DNA of 32,000 bases from Candidatus Poseidoniaceae archaeon (GTDB taxonomy: Archaea; Thermoplasmatota; Poseidoniia; Poseidoniales; Poseidoniaceae), in contig CALSTM010000001.1 of assembly GCA_943789275.1 (NCBI GenBank), forward strand, positions 150,001 to 182,000. The letters are read 5' to 3'. Position 1 is the stretch's first letter, and each line of letters opens with the position of its first letter. The notes below the pieces were generated by a model that was not told where the DNA came from, ran no database searches, and saw only the letters and a list, made by a program, of their open reading frames with translations. This document shows positions 14,252 to 24,300 of this stretch, in pieces. A program made the translations under genes and the position numbers.

Positions 14252-15208
14252 TTAAGTACGGAGATGAGTGACCAGTCGAGCAGTAAGGGCGTCCAATTGA
14301 ATCTGTTCTCCACCGCCTTCTACCAATCGATAGTCAACTTCAGCCATCCATTCGGTCATGTCAAGTTTCGCTTCTTCTGTAAGAAAATCAGCGGTGTAAA
14401 GTTCACGGTGAAGTTGGTTCACAAAGTCGGTTCCGGCAAGTCCGTACTTATCCAGCAATTCTCTCAAGCGCCGTCGTGCGGCGTGGAACCCATCATCTCT
14501 GCAGGCCATAAGGTACTGGTGCAGGGCTTCAGGAGGCGCGGTTGCCGACGTTTCATAGATCAAGTCACGGCTGATGTTCATATCCAATGCTGCAGCCACT
14601 TGAAGTCCGGTGAGAGCTTTTCTTAAGTCGCCTTGTGAAATACGTGTTAATGCTTCACCGGCATCGTCTGCTAACTCAACACCTTCCTGCTTGGCAACAT
14701 GGTGGATTTGTGCATTGACGTCAGCATCTGCTAAAGGCCGGAATCTAAAGACAGCACAGCGAGATTGGATGGGTTCAATAATTTTTGATGAGTAGTTGCA
14801 CGAGAGAATGAATCTGCATGTTTCTGCATACTGTTCCATAATCCGGCGTAAGGCGCCCTGTGCATCGTTGGTAAGGGCATCAGCTTCATCCAAGAAGATT
14901 ATTTTGAACGATGCTTGACCGTAAGGTGCAGTTCGAGCAAACTGTTTCACTTTGGTACGTATGCTTTCCAATTTCCGCTCATCAGAGGCGTTCATTTCCA
15001 AGAGATTACGGCGGAATTCTGGGCCAAATACATCCTTTGTGAGAGCCATTGCTGCCGTAGTTTTCCCAGTTCCTGGAGGTCCTGCAAACAGCAAGTGTGG
15101 AAATTCTTTCTTTTCCGAGTAGATTGTCAAGCGTTGAACAACAGCAGCCTGTCCACGAATTTCAGTGACAGACTGAGGTCGGTGTCTTTCAACCCACAGT
15201 TCACTCAT
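14252..15208 (-). CDS. rfcS: replication factor C small subunit (clamp loader)
   Basis: ATG 15208 gives MSELWVERHRPQSVTEIRGQ. The protein has Walker A (FAGPPGTGKTT), Walker B / DEAD-like (IIFLDEADALT) and the SRC motif (PIQSRCAVFRF). At 318 aa it is typical of the family. The track ORF extends to a TTG at 15298. No intein is present. Confidence 0.93.
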   Translation of the reverse strand: MSELWVERHRPQSVTEIRGQAAVVQRLTIYSEKKEFPHLLFAGPPGTGKTTAAMALTKDVFGPEFRRNLLEMNASDERKLESIRTKVKQFARTAPYGQASFKIIFLDEADALTNDAQGALRRIMEQYAETCRFILSCNYSSKIIEPIQSRCAVFRFRPLADADVNAQIHHVAKQEGVELADDAGEALTRISQGDLRKALTGLQVAAALDMNISRDLIYETSATAPPEALHQYLMACRDDGFHAARRRLRELLDKYGLAGTDFVNQLHRELYTADFLTEEAKLDMTEWMAEVDYRLVEGGGEQIQLDALTARLVTHLRT

Positions 15209-15347
15209 GTGACGATGTCGTTGCCGAGCCTCCTTGAACATTCTCCTCACAAACGAAGAGATTTCCGCTCGAAACGGGCAACTTTTCGAATCTCTCAACT
15301 GTAATGCCGTACGGTGTTTTCATGCGGTGTAAGCGAAAAGACAGTAT

Positions 15348-18300
15348 ATGGAGGAGGGCTTGAAGGCATTGAGCCCCATGCTACGCGAGACTGCCCCCCG
15401 CCGAACCGCTTTGACAATCTTCCTCGTCTCGATGTTCCTGTTCGCAGATGTTCTTCTGCCTCAGTCCATCGATTTTGAACAGAAACTCGATGATTCACCG
15501 CGTATATCTTACGCCATATCGACGCAATCTGTACTTTCTGATACGCACATTATGGAAGCGAATCCATCCAGCAACTACAATGTTTCATCGAGTGGTTTTA
15601 TTGGGACTTCGGTCAACGGATTTGAGAGCAGAATCCTCATGGACTTTGCTATGAATTTCACCTCTGCAGACTCGATTCAGTCAGCAACATTGAACATCGT
15701 TTGTGATACGAGTTCATCGTCTCCTTCTGCAATGAATATTTACACAGCATCTCCAAGTTCGTGGAACTCGAGTCTTGTCACATGGTATCAAAACGATTTG
15801 GGCTCGCCATGGGGTGAAGCAGGTGCAGATGGTGCAAATGACCGCAGTGCTTGGGAACCACCATTCCGAGCAGTGTCCAATGGAACATATGCCATTAACG
15901 TGACCGCATTTGCTCAAGAAGCAGCCTCAACCAATCAACCCCACTTCAGCGTCCTCATTTCCGGATTAGGTTCTCATTTCGAATGTAAGATGTCTGAAGC
16001 TTTACCGGTGAGTGATCGGCCTGAACTGGTGCTTGTCACATCGGCAGTGGCAGCCGGGAACGGTGGTTCAGTCGTGTCAAACTTCGCCGACGACGGTTTG
16101 CCTTTAATGACGGGAGACCTCATCTTGACAGCAGATACTACACCGACCCTTTCTTACGATTCGTTGGTGGGAACACATGTCGAATACCAACTCTCACTCG
16201 ACTCGGAATTCAAGGATTTCTCCGACCTTGCATGGCACTATTCGACCATGCAGAACAGTTTTACAATGTCCGGTACAAGCGGTTCGTTCACTCTTCCTTC
16301 GTCCGAGCAATTCGATAACGGTTCTCGAGTCTATTACCGGGTAAGAAGCCTTGATACGACCGACACGCTCAGTACATGGTCCACGACAGAAACTTTCCTG
16401 CTTCCTGCACACACAGTTACCGATAACGGTGACGGCTCGGCAAGTATCGAGGTAACTCGAAACCAATTGGGTGATGTTGGGACATTCATCGAAGATTCCT
16501 ATTCCAACGAACTGAGCAAGAACACGAAAAACGGTGCTTCAACAACCCTTCAAACCAGCGTCACTTCAAACAAGGAATCTCTTGTTCATCTGCGAGTAAA
16601 TTTACCGCTTCTTGGCCTACCATCCAATGCTACAATTCTCGATGCGCAAGTAAACCTAACTCGTGATTCCTCAGCGAACAATCCAATGCTTTCGATGCAC
16701 GAAATGGCATCAACTGAATGGGTCGAAAACGAATTGACATGGAACAGAGAATCGAATGCAAACAGTTGGTCCGATGGAGGACGGGTGTTTGCATCGACGG
16801 CATCTGCAACTGGATTCAACGGTTCGCAAACCAGTTCCAACTTTGGGTTTGGCTTCACCGACGTATTGCAATCATGGGTTGAGAACGGAGAATCAGATGC
16901 ATCAGAATTTATGATTACTGCAAGAGGGAAGGACGAAGCATACTCCACCACAGGTACCAAAACCATGACGTTTTTCAGTACTGAAGCCACGCTTGAATCG
17001 AATCAACCTCACGTTTTCGTGAATTATCGATGGGGACCAAGTTCTCCACTCGCTGATGTCATCTTAACCGGTCCAGCAGAGGACGAAGCAGTTTGGAACC
17101 AATCAGGACACAATTTCACTGCGAATCTCACGCCTTCGATTACCTGGACTCCATCTGCTACGAACAATGAGATGCTGTTGCAGATGGCCACAGATGAACA
17201 ATTCAGAGACCTGACCATGTCGCTCAACACCGGTGTGGACAATGATTTCTCGCCTTCCGATGGCATACTCAACTTGACGGGTGAAAATACATTGACAGCC
17301 GGAAACATGTATTTCTGGCGAATGGCTTACCTTGACTCTGATGGCCGACAAGGGCCTTGGTCTTCATCGAATTTCCTCGTGAGTTCCCTTGAAAGCACTT
17401 GGCTTGGTGGTGAACGCTCAGAATTTAGAATGAAGCATGGAAACGGTACAACAGACGGGTTGTATCCTGAATGTCTCGACACGTACATCGACAGCGGTAC
17501 GCCAAATCAAAACTACAACGATGAATCAAAAATTCTCATATCGTACAACACTTACCCGATTGAAGCGTTAGGTCTATTGAACTGCAACCTCCGTTCGAAT
17601 CTCCTGCCGGCAGGATACGCTGTCGAATCTGCACAACTCTCGATGGTTGTGGCCAGTACTCCATCGAATTCACCGCGTGTTGCCGTTTGGGAAAACACGC
17701 TCAGCAACTGGACGGATAGCGGTGCGACGTGGAACTCTTATGATGGAACCAATTCATGGGCAACTGCAGGCGCAAAGGGCTCAGAGCGTTCCTCCCTTCT
17801 CGATTCAGTTCAACTTGATTCTACCTTTTCAAACGGCGACCGCATCTTTTGGAACGTCACACTGGGTGTTCAAAACGCAATGCGCCAAAACAGCAGTGCT
17901 GACTTCATGATTGGTATACTTGGTGTTGGTTCAGGTTCAGACCGTGAAGTGCAACTTTATCCAGGATTTGCTGCTGATGTCCGTAAACCCGAATTGACCT
18001 TTGTCTATGTGCCGGGCTCAAACGTGGTTCCTGTTGACCCAGTGCCGGTCTCTCCACTCAACGGCTCATGGTCGATGGGTACCGGTGTTGACCAAACGCC
18101 GATTCAACGTCCAACGCTTGAGTGGTCCTTCGGAAATACCGCTGGCGTCGGCGGATGGGCAGTGCAACTTGACAAATCAGAAACGTTCGATTCAGCATCG
18201 CTTCTCACCAGCACTTCATGGAACGATGCAGGCTTTGACGCAGCGAACCTCTCCTATACTCCTACCACTGATTTGGACGATGGTTCAACTTGGTATTGGC

Positions 18301-21300
18301 GCGTTCGAGCGATCTCACCGACCAACCAAATTGGAAACTGGTCAAACGCATTTACCTTTGCTGTTCCAGATTTGACCACTTGGCAAACATGTTCCGATGG
18401 TTCTTGTGCTTCAGTGGAATTGCATCACAGAGAGGCCATGCCGGATTTGAATTTACCGAACTTTGTCGACACCTATGTTCTCCAGTCGGGTTCCGGTTCG
18501 TCCACTACCTATGACACTTCAAGCCAACTGAAAGTCGGTGCAACCAGCAACAATGTGCAAGCACTTTCGCTGCTACGTATTCCGTTGAATTCCTTACCTC
18601 AGCCGGCGAACGCTCGCATCACGGGTGCTGAACTGAATCTGTATTCTGAGTTCAATTCAGCCGTAGGTGAGCCAATTGCCGTACGGCCTGTGTATCAAAA
18701 TTGGAACACGTCCGCAAACGGACTTACGTACGACGGCATCAACAATTGGTCACAGCCAGGTGCTCGAGACCTCGGTGTTGACCTTGGACCCTATGTTGAC
18801 CTGCAGGATTCAGTTGCTTCTGGCTGGATGAATTGGGATGTAAGCGAAGCTGTGCAAGCTGCACTAACGGCAGGTTCATCGACACTCTCACTGGCCATTT
18901 ATGCATCAAATGACATTACTTCGTATTCCAACGGACCCAATGTTGTGACCTTCACTTCCACAGACGGCGCATCATCTCAACACCCGTGGTTGAACTTAAC
19001 TTGGTCCAACGGCACAGGTTCAGTACCCGCAACATCCGGTGTCAACGCTGGACCAGCGAACGATTCACTGTCTTGGGATGCATCATCCCATGCCTTGATT
19101 TCAGATGAAACCCCTCTTTTCTCTTGGACGTATCCATCTTCAGTCTCTGCTGACGCATGGCGGGTCCATATTTTTGCTGACCCGAGCGATGACATGGCAG
19201 GGCGATATACCTTTGATTCACGGGACGTTCCGGCACAGTTCGATTTGACGAACTTAACATTCTTGCCGAGTTCTCCTGTTGACTACTCCCAAACCGTTCG
19301 GTGGACCGTTCAGCCGATTTTACTCGGAATGATTGGCCCTCAAAGTACCTCAACTGTCTTCCACGTACCGGACGCAGATTCTGGAGAAGTTAATTCTACA
19401 CATGCATGGGTGACTTTGCAAGAAGGTTCGATGGTCGAAGATCAGGGCTATCCAATGATTACCATGGACACCACGCTGAATGGAGGTAGTATTTTCGCCA
19501 ACAACGGTGCTTCACAAAATCTCATCGTCGGGCGTAGTCCTTCCAACAGTCTTCTGCGAACCAGTTCTCTCATCGAGATGGATTTCTCCTCGTTACCGCT
19601 TCCAGCAATCTACGAAGTGACGAATGCAACACTGACGCTAACTGGGGTTTCGGGAAGTGGAGAAGTGTTTGTGACCGTTTCTGAAATGATTACACAGTGG
19701 GATGAATCCTCAAGTTGGGCGTTCCCCGGTAACAACACGACCTCTTGGGTCGGAGTTGGCGCATACCATTCTGATGATTCCAATATTCCTGAAACCCAAG
19801 GTTTCTGGATGAATGAATCGACGGAGTTTGAAATCAACGTGACATCGATGCTTCAGCACGCTGTTGAGAGAGGCCAACAAAGCCTCAATATCATTCTGCA
19901 AGCGGAAGAGTCGATGGGAACAGTCTCTGGAATCTATTACATTGCGAGCAGTGAGAATGCAGCTATTGACGAGCGTCCTAAACTCACGATAAGTTACGAG
20001 CTCGATACCCCGTGGAATCCGACCAGCCCGTCAAACCTTGGGCCGGTTGACGGTTCAACGCTTTGGAATCTCACTTCACCACTTCCAGCGGGCGCTGATG
20101 GAGTTGAAACCAATTGGACATCTGCCGATTCCAATCAAACTCAATGGGTTCTTTGTGGCGCTATGGACGCTCGTATGGTCGAAGAACTTGAGTGTTTCAA
20201 TTCGACTGCGTCCACATTTGATACCGATTTGAACATCACTTGGGATGCTCAGAACCTCTCAGCATTCATTGAAGGTCTCGAACAGGCTGATGAATGGAAG
20301 TATTGGCGCGTAAGAGGCGACCAAGATGTGCGAATTGGTCATTGGTCTCACGTTCACAAATTCCGCATCCCGGACGTGAATCCGTATGATGCTTCTACTG
20401 ATGGCCTTGGGAATTACACGGTCACCCTCACACGTGGTGCCATCTTTGAGAACACGGGTCTTCTTCCAGCAGTGCCGGATGCGGAAATCTCTTCCTCGAG
20501 TACGGTGAATCTTGGTCTATCAACTGCAATGAACTTAGGGACTTCAGCGTCGGGTACCGGTGAAAGTCAAATTCTCATGGAGTTTGATCTGAGTTCACTT
20601 CCATGGCCAGCTGCAATTACACCCACATCCATGTTGCTCAATTTGTACCGAACAGGTGTGACAGGAACTTCAGCCACGACCGTGTCTGCACACGCTTGCT
20701 CTCCGTTTGTAGAATCAAGCGTGAATTGGAACACCAATGTCCCATGCCAGTCCAGCGAAATTACTCGCTCGACACTCACTTTGAGCCCTGCGACAGGTTG
20801 GGCTTCTTGGGATTTAACGAGTCTGGCTCAAAGCAATATTGCCAACGGTAATTTGACCATGACCATTCTACTGAAGACGGTCGGTTCACCATCGACAAGC
20901 CACGCATTCTATTCTTCGGATGGAAGCGCTACAGAGTATAGACCTCAGCTTGTCATCGACTATGTCGATAACGTCAACGGTATATTGCCGCCAGCCCAGC
21001 CTACACTCACATCCCCTCAAGACGGCTCAGTGCTTTACAATGTGTCCGGTGATGTACTCCAATCGGATGACCGGCCAGTTCTCGTTTGGTCGCCAGTTTC
21101 TGGCGCTACGGGGTACACCCTCACCATCGCCAACGAAACTGGAGTTGTCAAATACAATTCGTGGGAATCTTCGGCCATTACATCAACGACGTTTAGATTT
21201 GCGAATTCACTTACAAGCGGTGAAGTGTTTACTTGGTGGGTGCAAGGGGTCAATCAATCGATTCCTGGCCCATCGTCACCACGATGGACCTTTGCGATTG

Positions 21301-24300
21301 GTTCACCGAACCATGTGGATAACGGCGACTTAACCTACACCTACACGTTCCAGACTGGGAATGAAGTGTCCCAGTTTGGACACACCAACATTCGAGAGAC
21401 TCACCTTAGTGAGGCATATCCATCGACGAACTTTGGTGGTAATGATGTTTTGGAACTCGGTACCAACTTTGGTTCGAACTCAGGACTTCAATCCCACCTT
21501 ACCTTTGCATTGGACAATGGACAAGTTCCACTCGCTATGTATTCAAACGTTCACTCAGCAAGTGCAGGGTTCTACCTCGATTCTTGGACAGCAACGGGTG
21601 GCGCATCGGAAATGACATTCAGTGTGCACCGAATCCTCAACCCTCTATGGGCCCAATCCTCATCGACTTGGAATGAATCCTCCAGTGCCTCTTCGGGTGC
21701 CTGGGGTGCGCCTGGTATGCAAGCAGGAGTCGACTATGAAGCAACGCCGATCACCAGTTTTGTCGATTCCAACATGAACGAAGACCGATGGATTTGGTTT
21801 GATATCGGTGTCAATGGGATGCTTATCGATAACGACAATGCATGGATCATAATCGGTACCCCGAATCAAGGCACGCTTCTGGCGAATATTTACTCAAGCG
21901 AACATTCTGAAGCAGACTATCGCCCAATGATTTTGCTGAACCATACCGATGTCACTACAATTGATATTTCACCAACTGCGCCAACGACGGATGCGGATAG
22001 CACTGTGTCGTTTTCCAGCGTCGTATATGACCATCTCAGTATGGCATCAGGAGCGCCGGTTGTATGGAGCGCTAGCAACGGTTCGATTTCCCAATCTGGA
22101 GTCTTCACGCCTTATGCAACAGGCCAACATACCGTATCTGCATGCTTTGGAATCATCTGCAGCAGTGAAACGGTCACGGTCACTCCGGGCTCGCCAGTGG
22201 AACTGATTGTAACCCCTGAAACTGCAATTATCTCTGCTGACGACTCCTTACAAATCAGTGCTTATGTTGTCGACCAGTTTGGCAATACAGTATCTGGTCA
22301 AACCATCAACTACTCACCGAGCAACGGCAGTATGGATTCTTCGACTGAAGGACTGTTCATGCCGATGGCGAGTGGTACTCAAACGGTCGATGTCACATGG
22401 AACGGTGTTATGATGACCCCACAAACCATCACTGTATCCGTTCTTGTTGAGACAGGCATTCCAGCTTACTTTGTCCTCGAAGGTTGCCAAGGTGCAGTAC
22501 CCGCAGGCATACTTTGTGCCGTCACGCACACGCTTTACGACCAGTTCGGAAACGAGATTATCGATAACAGCGAAGCAGGTGATTTCACTTGGACAACGAC
22601 CAATGGAAATTACAGTGAATCTACCGATGAGTATTTCCCTGACCATGTGGGCGATTGGTACCTCAACTTGACATCAACATCAGGTGCTTCTGGCTCTTTG
22701 ATGATTACCGTCGACCATGGCCAGATGGCAAGTCTTGAGTTGGCTGCCTCCTCAACTTCAATCACTGCAGACGAGCAAGTATGGATTAACACCACTCGTA
22801 TCGACGTCCGAGGAAACCGTTTGCCGGTTCTTCTTGAACTGGATAACTGGGTCACTCCACAGGACAGCCAATTGCTGCCTGGCGCACCTGCGATTTGGTC
22901 ACCAACTTCACGCGGTGCTAAAATCATTCAAGCAACCTACGAAACCATTACTTCTGAGATCACAGTTACTGTACAAGAAGGAGCAATCGTGTCGCTCATT
23001 TTAATCGTTGACAACAATGTTTCGACTTGGCAAAATTTCGATATCACTTCGGATGATATTCTCGATGTGAAGGTCAAGGCATACGACCAGAAAGACAACC
23101 GTTGGATTGTATCAGCGAATTGGAGTTTACTTCATCCAGATTGGACATCACAAACAGCGCTCGAACAGTTGTCTGGCGACGAAACATCGTTTGTCCCTTA
23201 TCTTGCATCGACTGAACATTACACCATTACAGCAGTGTACGATGATGGAACAATGACTCACCAAGTAAGCATCAATGTCACCGTTTCCCACGGTGACTTG
23301 AACTCTGTTTCCATAGTTGCAACCGGTAACGATGGATTAGCAAACACCGTTTTCGATATCACTTCGGATGAACACATCGACTTTACCGCTGCTCTTGCTG
23401 ATTTGGATACAAACCCAATCGATTCGTCAATCCTCGGATGGTATTTGACCAATCTCGATACTGGCGACACGTCGGTAATTACCGATGAACTGCTTGCCAA
23501 CGGTATGCGTTGGGATGCTTCGGCAGTTGGGAACTGGTCGATCTCCGCTTCAGCAGTGAGTGATTCAGGATACAACATCAGTGACGCTGTTTCAGTTTCC
23601 GTTGTCCATGGCAAGGCCGTTCTCGTTGAGGCCGTTCTCGATGCAACCACTCAAACAGCTGGCCAAGAAATCACGATGGTTGTAACTGGAACGGATTCGG
23701 ATGGAAACACATTCCCCCAACTTGTTGAATGGTTGGAGAATGATGTCGCTGTGGCCAACATTACAGCAGGTGAAAATGAAGGAACGTATGTTTACTTGGC
23801 GACCACAGCCGGTGCGCATTCATTGAAGTACACGACTGGCTCAACTGATGCTACTGTTGTGGTCACCGTTGAAGCACAGCGTATTGTCGACTCTCTTCAG
23901 ATTGATATCTCATCGACGACGGTTGACCAATTATCAAACTTTACAGTGACTGTAAAGGCTTTTGACATGTATCTCAACCAAATTGAAGTTCCACCAAGTG
24001 CGAATATCGATGCGACTGGACGAGCAGAAGTTTTGCAAAAAGGTCCGGGCGTTTGGAATGTGATTACTCTTGATGACGGGCAACAAACTGTGACGATTAC
24101 CGCTGGAAAAGTAACTGAAGAAAGGAACATCGAAGTCGAAGGAAACATTGGTGGATTCTTCAAGGCCGGTGGGCCATTGTACTACGTCGGAACCGGTCTT
24201 CTCGTGATTGTTAGCATTGTTCTTCTCGGCTTACTGGTCTCTGTGCTACGTGGTGGTGACTCAGGTTACGATGATGACGATGACGAGTATGATTACGATG